Assembly (NCBI GenBank): GCA_013265495.1
Contig: MU058423.1
Location: 385,061 to 449,060, forward strand
Direction: 5' to 3'
DNA length: 64,000 bases
Origin: Vicugna vicugna
Lineage: Eukaryota
Positions 1 through 13,800 of the stretch are shown one piece after another. Every line of letters begins with the position of its first letter. Position 1 is the stretch's first letter. The notes beneath the pieces were generated by a model. It did no database searches and was not told the DNA's origin. It saw only the letters and a list, made by a program, of their open reading frames with translations. Both the position numbers and the translations under genes were made by a program.

Positions 1-104
1 CTCAGGGGACCATACATCCTTTAAAATTGAATGAGAGTCAACACCTACCTCCTACCATGCAGGAAAAAACAGGGATGGATCACAGACCTCAATATAAAAT
101 ACAA

Positions 105-860
105 ATGGTCAAGGAGCACATGAAAAAGTGCTCAACTTATTAGTGATCAGGGAGATGTAAATTAAAACAGTAATAAGAAAGGCTAAAATTAAATACTGAC
201 AATATCAAATGTTGGAAAGGATATGGAGCAACTAGAACACCTGCATACTGCTGGTGGGAGTATAAATGATAGAATTACTTTGGAAATTTTTCTGGAAATT
301 TCTCATAAAGTTAGAAAATGCCTACCTACAAATCCACTTCTAAGTATTTCTCTAAAAGAAATGAAAATGTACATCCACAAAGACTTCTACACAATTGTCC
401 ACAGCAACTTTATTCATAATAGCCCCAAACTGGAAACAATCAAGTATCAATCACTAGGAGAACAGATAAAGAAAATGTGATGCATTTACGTAATGGAATA
501 CTACTCAGCAATAAAGAGGAATAAATTACTGACACATACAGTGACACTGATGAACCTGAAAATCATTATCCTGAACAACAAAAACACCTAGACACAAAGA
601 ATACACTCTGTGTGACTCTGTTCTAATGGGCAAAACCTAATCTATGGTGAAAAAAAAATCAGAACAGCAATTGCCTCTGGATACAGAGGGGACAAGTGAC
701 CAGGAAGGGGCATAAGATAAGTTTTTGGTGTGATGAGAATATTGATGTCTTGATAGGAGGGTAGGTCAAATGGAGTGCGCATTTCTCAAAACTTATTGAG
801 CTGAACACTTGAGGTCTGTGCATTTCACTATCTAAATTATATCTCTAGTTTAAAAATATA
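105..860 (+). mobile_element. Old L1 (L1M-type) 3' end fragment
   Basis: Typical L1 ORF2 C-terminal and 3'-UTR motifs (atggagcaactagaac, gcaactttattcataatagccccaaactggaaac, ggaatactactcagcaataaa). Confidence 0.8.
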
Positions 861-1394
861 AATATATATAATGATAGTTAAAGGGAAAATTAAGTTATAT
901 GTAATATGTCCTTTATATACTCTAGTGTTTCAGAAACATGGGAAGTTCAAACTAAAGTAATTTTAATAGTAATGACAAGAGCAGAAAAACCGAGGGAGGC
1001 GCTCACAATGGAGGGCTTATTACCTGCAGAGCAGTGTGCTCAGTGTTTCATATATCTTATCTAATCCTAACAGCATTCCTCTGGAGGTAGATACCACTGT
1101 GTCTCCATTTTATAGGAGAAACTGAACATTAACATGTGACTTTCCTAAGGTCACAGAGCCATTTAAGGAGTGGAGAAGAATGGTAAATAGTATACAGTAA
1201 GTGCTGAATACATTAGCTGAATGAGTAATAAACATAGCAGATATTCCCCTGGACTTCCCCAGGAATGAATTTCAATTTAGTAGGTCTTGATCAGTAGCTT
1301 AAAAGTGAAATAGAACAGAATGGAAAACATCACAGAGCACTGAATGTTGTACTACTACTTCGAGAAACTTCTTTTGGCAAAGAATGTAGGTCTG

Positions 1395-2193
1395 TCCAGT
1401 CAAAATGGCCATCGTTAAAAAGTCTACAAATGATAAATGCTAGAGAGGGTTTGGAGAAAAGGAACCCTCCTACACTGTTGGTGGGAAAGTAGTTTTGTGC
1501 AGCCATTATGGAAAACAATACGGACATTTCTTAAAAAACTAAAAATGGACTTACCCTATGATCCAGCAATCCCACTCCTGGGTATACATCCAGAGGAAAC
1601 TCTAATTTGAAAAGATACATGTACCCCAATGTTCATAGCAGCACTATTTACAACAGCCAAAACACAGAAACAACGCAAATGTCCATCAACAGATGACTGG
1701 ATAAAGAGGTTTGGTATATTTATACAATGGAACAATACTCAGCCATAAAAAAGAATAAAATAATGCCATTTGCAGTAACATGTATGGACCTGGAGATCGT
1801 CATTCTAAGTGGAGTAAGCCAGAAAGAAAAAGAAAAATACAGTATGGTACGACTCATATGTGTAATCTAAAAAAAATGACATGAACTTATTTACAAAACA
1901 GAAACAGATTCACGGACCTAAAACACCAATTTATGGTTACCAGGGTGGAAAGAGGGTTGGAAAAGGATAAATTGGGAGCTGGAGATTTGCAGATACCAAC
2001 GACTAGATATAAAATAGGTAAACAACGTTTCTTCTGTATAGCACTGGGAGCTATATTCAGTATCTTGTGGTAACCTATAATGAAAAAGAATAGGAAAAGG
2101 AATATATGTATGTATATGTATGACTGAAACATTATGCTGTAAATCAGAAATTGGCAAAACATTGTAAACCAACTACACTTCAATTAAAAAAAA
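1395..2193 (+). mobile_element. Artiodactyl/camelid L1 5'-truncated 3' end with A tail, inserted in a hAT-Charlie-like remnant (~1270-2297)
   Basis: L1 ORF2 end (gacccagcaatcccactcctggg-like), 3'-UTR tgtatagcactgggagctatattcag...cttcaattaaaaaaaaa. The flanks resume a Charlie-like sequence ending aaaaaagtctgaaaaacactag. Confidence 0.85.
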
Positions 2194-2540
2194 ATGTAAG
2201 TGTGTGTATGTGCAAGTGCGTTGGTGTTTCCTGAGTCACAATGTAAAATCTATTTTTCACTATGTGTCCATCTCAAAAAAGTCTGAAAAACACTAGAATA
2301 GAATGAAAAATCTAAGAAGTCTGACTCCTGAATCTATGCTTTTAAATAGTTTAGGCTATAATAAATATGCAAATTCTAAAAGTGATAAGGAATCAGGATT
2401 TTGTTTTATGTTAAAAATGGATGTTATAAAAGTCTACAAACGAGAAGTTTACATATCTGACATCAAATATACAAAGTGCAAAAGCAAAAAAAAAAAGAGG
2501 TCTGTGCAATCTGGGTTAGACAATCAAAAACAGCACTGGA

Positions 2541-2570
2541 GTGCCTGCTTTGGCAGCACATATACTAAAA
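2541..2570 (+). pseudogene. 3'-truncated (tailless) U6 snRNA retropseudogene
   Basis: GTGCCTGCTTTGGCAGCACATATACTAAAA matches U6 nt 1-30 (GTGCTCGCTTCGGCAGCACATATACTAAAA) at 27/30. Flanked by aaaaacagcactgga (2526-2540) and aaaaacagcattgga (2568-2582). Confidence 0.9.
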
Positions 2571-4924
2571 AACAGCATTGGAGAAATCTGGGAAAATTTT
2601 CTGGATATGTGGATGATTCACAGAGGCACATGCTTAGGATGTTTACATTGAATACTTAATGTCTGCTGGGTACTATATATACTAAGTGATATGGGTGAGG
2701 ATACGGGGACACGCATTTGACTAAGTAAGATGTAGTCCCCTGCTCTCAAGGAGCTTAAAATTGGCCAGACAAGTTTAAGTCCTCAGAGCAGAAACAAACA
2801 AGCTGCTTCTGCTTATTTAAATGTTTTCTAAACAATACCATTGATGTTTAAAGGAACACCAAGTACAATTTGTTTGATCAGAACTTTCTAAGACTCAGAC
2901 CTTATACTCATAAGGAATAGGAAGGAAAAAGCCAGCCCTGGAAGTGGGTGGGTTCTGGCAGATAAATAGGACTATCAGCAATTTAATGAATCACAGGAAA
3001 CACCATGAGGCTGAGAGGGGCACACATTCTAAAAGCTGTCTCTGAAGTTTTACATAAGGAGACCCAGACTGCAGACTATTATAACTGTGTGTTACTTTAA
3101 GTAACTAGGATCTTGGAAGACCTCTTTATTAGAGATGGGCTCAGGCTCTTTTACTCACTATGTATTAACAGACAGTGTAGAAGCTAACTTCAGTGTTATC
3201 GTATTAAAATGTTTTGTAGTGATACAGTAAGATGTGAAAGGGTGTCTTCTTCCTCTAGTTAGGGGATTCTGCGGAGAGAAGATCTGAAGCTGTGTAATTG
3301 TGGAACGGCTCTTAACTCTAAAAATTTGTTTGAAAGAAGATTCTTAAATTATAAACACAGACTGATACTACAAGGAAATATGGCAAGAAACAAGCTGCTG
3401 AAATGAAAGGTCCTGGGAAAATGGTCCTTACTTGGCTGAGAAGTAAAAGTGTTTACAACGGGAAGTTTATCAAGTAGACAGGAATAAGAAGCTTGTGGGG
3501 GTAGAGGAGGGTTGGGGGAATGTAGAGACAGGGTAGAATGAAAAAAAGGGGCCAGTATGGTTTGAGAACCATACCGCAGTGAGAACAAGACATCAGGGCA
3601 GGCAAATGGAAGCAATGACAGCGCCAATCACACATCATGACAAGCTCCACGTCACAAGTCAGAGGGTGGAAAGATGGCAGTTCTGTTGTCCCTGCAGCCT
3701 TGTGTGGAGGGAGGTAACTAGCTCTTCAGCTTCAACCAGCAGTCATATAGGTGCCTTGGGACTCAAATTAGGGAAGGATTGTTTTTCTTTAGAGAAAAGA
3801 AATGGGAGGAGGGTTAAAGAAGCCAAGACTGAAGAGTAAAAGGTGGGCTGCAAGTGCATTGTGGGGTGTTCAATGATAATTTAAAACGTGAACCTAGTAA
3901 CGCAGTAAGGCATGGAACATGGGGAAATCGAGCATGCTGAAGCTGACCACGGTTACAATTAATTCCAAGTAATCCCAACCCAAGATTGCCTTTATCTTTT
4001 TGGTAACAGACTACTGAAGGGGATTAGAATATGCCTGGATCAGAAGAACAGGCAATCTTTGTTTGGAGATACATGAACCCTTCCTTTTTATCTTAAAGAG
4101 TGCTGATACCATTAGGAAATTTTAAATGTCACCAGGGACAAGAATGGGATAACCTAGACCCTTTTCCCATTTTAGTCCCATAAGGACCAGGAAAACTGGC
4201 TCTATTCTAAGCCTCTAAGATTTTGTTTTAGCACTCTCTTCCTTTGATAATGTCTAGGTCTGATGTGGAGATGACAGTCATTTGTTCTACTGATAAAAGA
4301 TTCTGTCAAGAAAGGAAGGACAAGAGACTGAAAGGAAGATTTTAAAGAGAAAAGAACTCAGAGCTACCGATTTAGAAAGCAAACAAAGGGACGATAATGA
4401 AGATTTTGTGAAAGCCAAAAACAAGAACAAAACAACACCAGAGAAATAGGGGATAAACAAATACATTCTGAAAGATAGAGACAGGACATGTGAAATTTAG
4501 ACAGATGCCCACAGGGTCCTTAGCTAAAAAGTCTGGGAAACGATATTTTTGTATATATCTAAGATGAAGAAAGACAAGAAATTCTGTACTCTTAAAAAAT
4601 ACTGTACTATTTTCTCTGATACTCACAGAAGTACCATTACTATCCACTCAGGGAATGCACAGACCACATCCCAATTTGATAGGAAAGGACACCAAGGTAA
4701 AATGTCAGTTGATTTTTCTTTCTTTTTTTTTTTTTTTGGTTAAATACAGAAACACAGTGAACAAAGGTACACATCCCAATTACTTGTTATCATTTACTAC
4801 AAATATGGAAACAAACACAAAGCAGTAATTTCCTGTCTGAGGAACAAATTGCTCTGTCTTAGCACAGGGTGAGATGTAAATAATGTCACTGAGTGGGGAT
4901 TATCAGCAATAGTAAAATTATGAA

Positions 4925-5334
4925 ACTAGTTTTATTGGGGGCAAAATGAAGACTACAGCCTGGGTGACAGCCTTTCAGATAGCTCTGAGGAATTGCTCCG
5001 AAGAGGTAATGGCAGGGGGTATCAGGGTGAAGGTGGGTTCATACAGTCAAGCATACATTTGGGTAGAAGGCTGCTGCTAGTCACAAGAAGCAGATGTTTT
5101 TATGAATAATTTTAGTGCTTTTCTAGATATGAGAAGATGCAAGAAGTTGGGCTCATAAAATCTGCAAATACCTATCTGAAGGACTGTTCTGCCAGTTTTC
5201 CCCAGAGCACAGATCTCTGCCCCATTCCTGATCTCCGCCCTGAACTTCCAGGGGGTGGTGAAGGCCAGCAACTACAATGGCTAATGACTTCATTCTTGTA
5301 GAACCAGGTGATGAGTGACAACTTTTAGTTGGCA
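4925..5334 (-). mobile_element. Solo ERV1-like LTR
   Basis: Resembles recalled laurasiatherian ERV1 LTRs (gggcaaaatgaagactacagcctggg...cagatagctctgag) and ends in ...gttggca (TG start on minus). Confidence 0.55.
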
Positions 5335-8069
5335 AACTATATTACTATAGTAAGCCTCTCTTCTCAAAAATATGAATTAGTAAATGGCAACCTAGTTTTT
5401 GAGACTTGAATACATTCAAGTTAAACTTATTTAGGGTCTTAACTTATTCTCTCAGATGACAAATATTTCTGAAGAACTTACTAGGTTCTAGATACCTGGG
5501 ATGCAGTGCAGCAAGATAAAGTACCTGCCCCTCATGAAGCTTACATTTAATGAAAAAGAGAAATACTAGCTATAAAGAAAAGAGAGATGAAAATGTATAA
5601 CCTAGGATGCTTAGCACAGACAAATTTTCATATTATCACTAATGCAGTGCAAAGAGAAATCAGATTAAATATGTCTCAATTCTATAAAAATTCATTGGGT
5701 ATGCTTATGTGAGGGGTTCTATGTATAAAGTTTCCAATCAACAAGAGATTTCTGAATTTAGTAACAATATAATCTCATACTCACTTCTACCAATGAATTC
5801 AGTCTTCTGTTGAACAGACAGAATGTTAGGAATAGAATTAAAAAATTCTTTGAACTTATGCTTATCATTGAACTCGCTGGGTCGAGTTGGCTTTTGAGGC
5901 CGAAAAACTTTTTGTTGTTAAACAATGAAAGATTATGAATTACATCTATGAAACTGAAGGCAGGAAAAACACACTTTGAAGGGCTGTAGGTCTCTTGCTA
6001 TGATAATAAAATTGAAATTTTAATCATGTGGCCTCTCACACATCTGTTGTCAGCTTTATTTAATCTGAGTCCATGACCTGTGAAAGAGTCTGCTCTGGAA
6101 AAGCAACTTTTAGGTATCCTGCACAAAGGTAGAATGTGAAAACTGGTCAGAAATTTACTCTGCTTTTTTGGGAGGAAGTCAGAGATACAGAGGTAACAGG
6201 CTCATGCTTTCCCATGGCAGGCCTGTTTGTCTCTGCTCCTTTTAACTTTACTTCCGAATTAATACAGATTTCCGAGAGATCTATAAACCACCTAGAAGTA
6301 AAGGCAGTTAAAAAGTAAATGTTGCTCTTAACTCCTTGCCATCCCAGTGCAAGGAGTTAATCCTATATTTCCTACAAATATGGTTTTTATTTTAATTTTA
6401 CCATTAGAAAGTGAATATTTTCTTGTAAAGATTTTAACTGCATAGATAAAGCTGAAGTCCTTCCTAAATGCAACCCAATCTCTTTTGCCTTTCCGAAAGT
6501 TTTTAGTACGATGGACGTCCTCTCTCAGGCCTTTTCCAAGCATATGCATGTGTATGTAGGGGCGTGGGTGTGTGTGTATGTAATTACCCAGATACAATTT
6601 TCTGTAAAACTGTTCTGCAACTTGTTTTCACTTCTTGTGCCTTAGCTTTCTAAGTTAGTAAGTACACAGCTTTTTTCCCTCATTAAAAAGAAGCAGTTAC
6701 GTGACACTCCATAATAAGGGTGCACCAGTTACGCATTTATACTTTACTGATGGACATTTTAGGCCGTTTATAGTTTCCAAATACTGTATTAAACAATACT
6801 GCAACGAGCATCCTTGGGCATATATAAGAATAGTTTGGTGGGAAAGATACATCGTTGTGCTTTTCTAAGGGAATAATTTCCTATATAATAAAATTCTCAG
6901 CTTCATTCTATAAGTGCTCCTCTTCCATAAAGATTTTCAGTAAACACACAAGATGGTTTCCTCCTACCTTTCAAATTATTCCTACAACTGGCTGAACTGA
7001 AATACCAAATGAGGGACCCAGGCTTCAATTTTAGAAGCAGCCTCTTTGTCTTCCTTTCTCTTCTCTTTATGGGGGGAACTAGAAATAACCTCTGATTAAT
7101 CCCAAATCACAAGGGGAACACATGCAAGGAAGACACAATAAGAGGAAGTCAAAATAACAGGAATAAGCTGTTTCCCTTTTCTATTTGTTTTAGTTTCAGG
7201 CTGAAAAATGCAATGAAGTTCCCTACTGCTGTAATCTTTTCTGATGCTGTCCCCAACTGTTAGAGAACTGTGTGTTCTCTAAGTAAGCAGCATCCTACAA
7301 GCTGAATTCCCCCTTTCTTTCCTCAAAGACATAAGGAAAACAGCCCAGGGGAAGACGTCAGTTAAATGAGAACTGTGCTTTTTCTTCTGGCCCCTTTACT
7401 CCTGAACCCCTAAATTCCACAAGCTGTAATGTAAATGGTGACAAGTGATAAAAAGCTGGAGAAACCATTATCTTAGAGAAAGCAAATAGCTGATATCAGA
7501 GTTAGCTGTCATATATGAGGCTCAGTGTTTTTCTGAATGCAACAAAGATACTTAACCACTTATGAATGTAGTCTTTTTCATAGATACCCAGTTTGTAAAC
7601 ATCCCACACACATGACCAGTCTTTCCTGCTTCCTTTGGCTCTTTTCTGCCCGAGTACCCCACCACCAAACCTGGTATTTTCCTTTCACTAATTTCATTCC
7701 TTTCCCAGGGCAGACCATTTTGGGAACTCCTATCATTCTCAAGGGAACCAAGCCATGGGGAAGGAAGAGGGTTTGTGAAATATATTTCTGGCTTCACCAG
7801 TTGAAACTTAATACTTTTTCTTTTTTCTTTTTTCTTTTACAGTGCCCATTGTTCTGTGCCTTATTTTTTCACTTACTATATTTAATGGTTGCAGAGTATT
7901 CTACTGTACAATATGCCATAATTTACTTGACTAGAACCCTACTGATAAATACGTAAGTTGTTTCCAGAATTTTGCTACTATAAACAATGCTGCAAAAAAT
8001 ATCCTTACTCATATACTTTATTACAGAGGTCTAAGCACATCTGTAGCATAAATTTCTAGATGTGGATCA

Positions 8070-8301
8070 TGAAATTAGATTAGTGGGGATCACAATCAAC
8101 ATTTAAAGAAATATAAAGTACAGAAGAAAACAGTGTAGTATAATATGGTATAGTGTAAATATTATAGTGCAGTAGAAGTTAAAGTTAGTACACATTTTAG
8201 TGAAATTTTTGTTTGGCTTAAAATATGTATGTAGGTGTGTATGTGTGTCCTGGATTGTGGCAAAATGGTAAAATGTATTTCAAAAATGTTTGAAAAACAC
8301 T
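8070..8301. mobile_element. hAT-Charlie-like DNA transposon remnant (similar to 1270-2297)
   Basis: Shares the gtgtgtatgtg...aaaatgtattt...aaaa(t)gtttgaaaaacact terminus with the 2200-2297 segment. Confidence 0.45.
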
Positions 8302-9159
8302 TCTTTAGACTCTGGTATGATAAACAGGTATCTTTATCACAGTCTTCTTTTTCTCCCTCTAACTCTGTGATCCTTTTACTGGATAGCTTGGTAACTTAGG
8401 TTTTTCAGGCAGAGACACTAGAGTTATTTAGAGTAAGTTGGAAAAGAATAATACTAATAATATCAGGAACAAAAAAAGGAAGAATTCATATAGTTCTAAT
8501 TAGCTGTAATATCTTTTCCTACAAAGTGAATAATTAATGGCTAAATTATCTTTTTAGAGCAAGACTGTTACTAAACAGAAATTTGAGCAAGAAGTTGTAC
8601 AAGATTATTGCTATTTAAAAACAAGTGTTTCTGATTTTAAATTAATTTATATATAATACAGACATTTTAATAAAAAAATTAAAATGCACATATGATTCCA
8701 TACCCAGGGACAACTACTATTAACACTCAAACTACAAATTTCAATCTATTTGCTTGCTTGAGTTTTTCATATACATATAATGTTATATAATTATATGTAA
8801 TAATCATACATATATATTATTCTTTATAATTGAGATTAAAGGATATATTTAATGTTATGGCCTGCTTCATAAACTTAGTATTATACTGTAGGAACACTAC
8901 ATGTCATTAAAAGTTCCTCATATGTATCATATTTTAAAATAGCTGCATAATAGTCCACCATGTGGATGTACCACCCAATTCATGTAGCCATTAACAAAGA
9001 GTTTACTTTTTATACAGAATTAATTGGAACTAGATCAATATAACTATGTTATCATGGGATGTTTGGGGGTAATCTGAAGTAATTTATAGAAAACATTTTT
9101 GTACATATATTTTCACATAAAACCATGTAGACTACAGCAACTCTCCTCAATAAACAGGT

Positions 9160-10875
9160 GTCCTGAGGTTAAATTCCCCAAATTGATCTACAGAATCAAT
9201 GCAATCCCAATCAAAATTCCAATAGAATTTTTGGAGAAACTGATAAGCTTTTCCAAAATTCATAAGGAAATGCAAGAACCATAAATAACCAAAACAACTG
9301 TCAAAAGGAACCCAAGTTAAGGGATTAACGCTACCTGATTTTAAGACTTACATCAAAGACCACAGTAATCAAGACAGTGTGGTAGGGGCATCAAGGTAGA
9401 CAGATGAAACAGAGCAGAGATTCCAGAAATAAACCTACAAATATATGGAAAATGGATTGTGACAAAGGTGCCGATGCCATTCTACAGAGGAAAGAAAGTG
9501 TTTTTAATAAATAGGACTAGAATAATAGAATATCGTAAGTAAAAAATTTTTTTCATCCATATGCCATACAATATAACACAATTTAACTGAAGTTGTATAA
9601 CAGACCCAAATATAAAACTTAAAACTATGAAATTACAGAAATATAGGTGATAAACTTTCTGACCTTGATTTAGGCAAAGATTTCTTATATGATACTAAAT
9701 CTTTCTTTTATTGATACTAAAAGTAAAATCTATGAAAGAAATATTGATAAACTGGACTTCATCAAAATGAAAACTTCTGCTCTTCAAAAGATACAGTTAA
9801 GAATATGAAAAATGACAAGCCATAGACTGGGAGAAAATATTTGCAAGGCATATGTCTAATAAAGGACTTGTATCCAGATATATAAGGAATGCTTAAAACT
9901 CAGTAATGAGAAAACTGAATTTTAAAAATGGGTGAAAGATTTGAACAAATATTTTAAGAAAACAACATAGATGCAAATAAGCACATGAAAAGATGCTCAA
10001 CATCACTAGTCAACAGGGAAATGAAAATTAAAACTGCAATGATGTACACCAGAAATTAACATTGTAAACTAACTGTACTTCAATAAAAAAATGCTAATCA
10101 CTTCTCCCCTACAAAAAATTAAAAAATAAAAATAAATAAAACTGCAATGAGATACTACACACCTATTAGAAAGTCTAAAATTAAAGACTGGCCATATCAA
10201 GTGTTGGTGAGGATATGGAGCAACTGGAACTCTTATACATGTTGGTGGGAATGTAAATGGTAAAACCACTTTGGAAAACAGTTTGGCAGTTTCTTAAAAA
10301 GTTAAACATACATGTACCATGTAATATAGCCTTTCTGTTCCCAGCCAATTATCCAACAGAAAGAAAAGCACATGTCCATAGAAAGCCTTGTATATGAATG
10401 TTCATAGCAGCTTTACTTGCAACAGTCCAAAACTGGAAACAGTGAAAATGTTCACCAACAGATGAACAGACAAAAACTTTGGTACATACATACAATGGAC
10501 ATTACTCAGTAATGAAAGGAATGAACTATCAATACAATGACAACATGGATGAATCTCCAGATAATTATGGTGAATGAAAGAACCAGGCCAAAAAAAAAAA
10601 AAAAGGTACATTCTATATGACTTTATTTGCATAAAATTCCAGAAAATGTAAACTAATCTCTAATGGATTCGTGCTTTGGGTGGGTTGGGGGAGAGGACTG
10701 GGGGAGATTAGGTAAAGGGGCACAAGGAAAATTTGAAGGGTGATAGGTATGTGCACTACCTTGATTGCAGTAATGGTTTCATTGGGAATACATATATCAA
10801 AACATCAATTTGTACACATTAAATACATGCAGCTTACTGTATGTCAATTTTACCTCAATAAAGCTAAATTTAAAA
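9160..10875 (+). mobile_element. L1M (L1MB-like) ORF2 3' part and 3' UTR, degenerate; antisense to CTTNBP2NL
   Basis: Translates to L1 ORF2-like 'KLIYRINAIPIKIP'. Continuous L1 motifs run to tacctcaataaagct. Confidence 0.88.
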
Positions 10876-13800
10876 AATCAAACTATAACAAATATGTGAA
10901 ATCAAGCAATACAGAAATAAGCAAAGAAATCAATGGAAAAAAATCAATTTGAAAAAAGCTTCCACACTGTCCTTTTATTTCCTGTTTTTATTATAAAGAG
11001 AGAGGGAAGGGAATGCAGTGTAACATCTGCTCCATGCCCCACAGTACACCCTTAACCTTTGCCAGCTGTCTCAAAATAAATGCTTTTGGTTGTGATGGTG
11101 GTGATGGATCAACTCAAAACCATCAGTTTCCATAAGAAAAACAAGCTGATGTGCAAGCCCTGCTGAAAACAAAGATTTAATTTAAACATTCATCTTTCTT
11201 ACGAAGGATAACATATTATCAGAATGCCTTGCTTTATGGAATATACTTTTGTTCCTAAATGGACGGACTTTAAAACTTATGTTCTAATAATAACAACTAA
11301 CAGTAAATGAGCACGATTAGCATTTGCTATCTCATTTAATTCTTGAAATAACCCTACCTTTCTACCAACAAAAGCTTACAGGGTAAGTAACTGATCTAAG
11401 ATCACACAACAATTAAATGGCAGAGCTCAAACCTAGGTCTGTCTGATGTGAAAGCACATGCTCTAAACAGCTACACTTAATTGAATGTTTCAGGTGATAG
11501 TTCTGCAGAGTGCCTAATAATTATCTTTACATCTTTTTTGAAAAGCTAGGATTTCATGTATGCACATTACTCAGAGAGTAGAAATAAAAAATACCAACAA
11601 TTCCAACCAAAAAAACCCCACATAAAGACACAACCCCAAATACCACTGATTAATTCCCTTTTAAAACATGTTTTACGGTAAAGGTTATAAATGTGAATCT
11701 AAAAACCTCATAATTCAATTCCCTAAATAAAGTTCTATTTACTTCCTAATATCCTAGTTCTTATCTAGGCAGAAATTAGACTTCTCTCAGGTACAGCTTA
11801 TGTTCACATAATCTTCATCAAAGATTTAAACTACCTACCCCAATCCTAACAGCTCTTCCTAAAAATAACCTATCAAAACGGGATCATTTTTGGTCAAAGG
11901 ATTGTTAGGTCCAGGCCTATGGGTGACAAAGCATGCTTCAACTTTGAGCACATTTAAGTATACTCACAGATCTGTTATTAAGTGAGTATATATCTGATTT
12001 TGTTTTTAATGCAAACACTTGACAAGCTTACTAGTACAGCACATAGTATGGTGATTGCTAAATTCAATTGTACTTTCCTCATGTCAGACCAGCCTTTATA
12101 ATAATCTGCTTCCATAATAGGCACAAGGCCATGACCAAAAGCAGATGTCAGACTCAACTTACAGTGAACTTGTATTACTTGTATTTGTGATTTTCTTGAG
12201 CCCTAGCCTTCTATAACTTTTGTTTTGTTCTATATTTTTGGCACTGTCATAATTATCATTATTTTAAGAATATTTTTGGCAAAAGTAAATCATTTATTGT
12301 TTCAACACAAACACGTGTGCAATATTTAGATTTAAAAAATTTTAACCCTGGCTGCTTAAAAAACTCACAATAGTTAAATATTACAGTCTCATACTCTAAA
12401 TATATTTCTAACTTTGTTCTGTCTACAACATTTTCATCTATAAATTTTCCTGCTTGGGGAATTCTGCAGTGGCCTCTGGCCAAAAACAACAAAGTTCTAT
12501 CCCAGACTTTAAAGGAGTTATACCTGTTTTATGGTTGAGGCATCAATGGAAAGGAATTCAAGACTTGTTAAGCTAATTCTACGTGAAAACTGTAATACTT
12601 TCCATTTATTATTGCAGAAGCAATTTAAAGAATGCTTTAAAATAGAATGATACTAATACAGGGTAGATTCCACTTAGTCATAGCTAAGTGTGACTTTGCA
12701 TCAGATCTGAGACATACAGATATAATATATCCAATGTGAAAGACTCAAACTATTTAATCTAACTTTTATTGGCAGTCAAATCTATTTTCCAAATCTTAAA
12801 GACTAAAGTTCCCTCATCTTTCTCTAGAGTAGTCAGACCATCCTGGGGAGGCTTTCCTAGATTTTCTTAGAATTAATGAGCTAAGCCCCTCTTGCTGGAC
12901 TGTGTGGTTCCACCTCAACCTCCCCTGGACAGTTTATGAGCAATGAAATCTGCTTTCAGTGTGGAAGGGATTCCCAAAGGATTCTCATTCATGAAAATAA
13001 ACTGATAAAAGGGAGAGACTTTTATTAAGAATGCTTTTCTCTGATGTAATCCCTTCTAAAACAGAAAATCACTTTAAAGTTCAATTAGGACCAAATACTG
13101 TATAAATGGCCTCTGTAACAATTAGACTTCAGATATAGAAAAGGCTGAATATTACATTATTTTCTACTGGCTTCCCTGGTTGTATGCCAAACATGTCTTG
13201 GCTACAATAGAAGAGTGCGGAGGCTTTTATATTTTGGGGAGAAAAAAAACTATGGGGATTCTGCAAGGGTGTAGCTGCAATCTGGCACTTTGCAGAAATT
13301 TTGGAAAATGAATGAAGTTCTTTTACAAATATAACTCAACAGGGAGGAGGTACTTATAAACTATGGGAACTTTATTAATATGTCCCTATATAAATCTAAC
13401 CCTTACCAGTGTGACTTACTATTTATTTAACAGCAGCCGTGAACCATATGGTTTTGTTCAGAGATGCAGGGTTAAAGAATAGATTTTATGTTAGGAAAAA
13501 AAAATCTATTTTGAAGGTAAAGGGAAGGGAAAAAAGATAAACGTTTTTAGTTAAATAGGAAGGAAAAACCAGTCATAGCTATTTGGGACAAAGACCAAAA
13601 CCTTTTCAATCCACTAAGCATGAATTAAGAAAGAATATTAAAAGGAAGAAAATCAGTGAGTTGCCGTATTCATCCAAGAAGAGCAACTGTGTTTGTTGCT
13701 AAGCAAGAGCTATACAGAAAGAAGGCAGTAAAATACTACATTCTACATACTACAGAACCAAAACAAATAAAAACAACAACAAACCAACCAAACAAACAAA

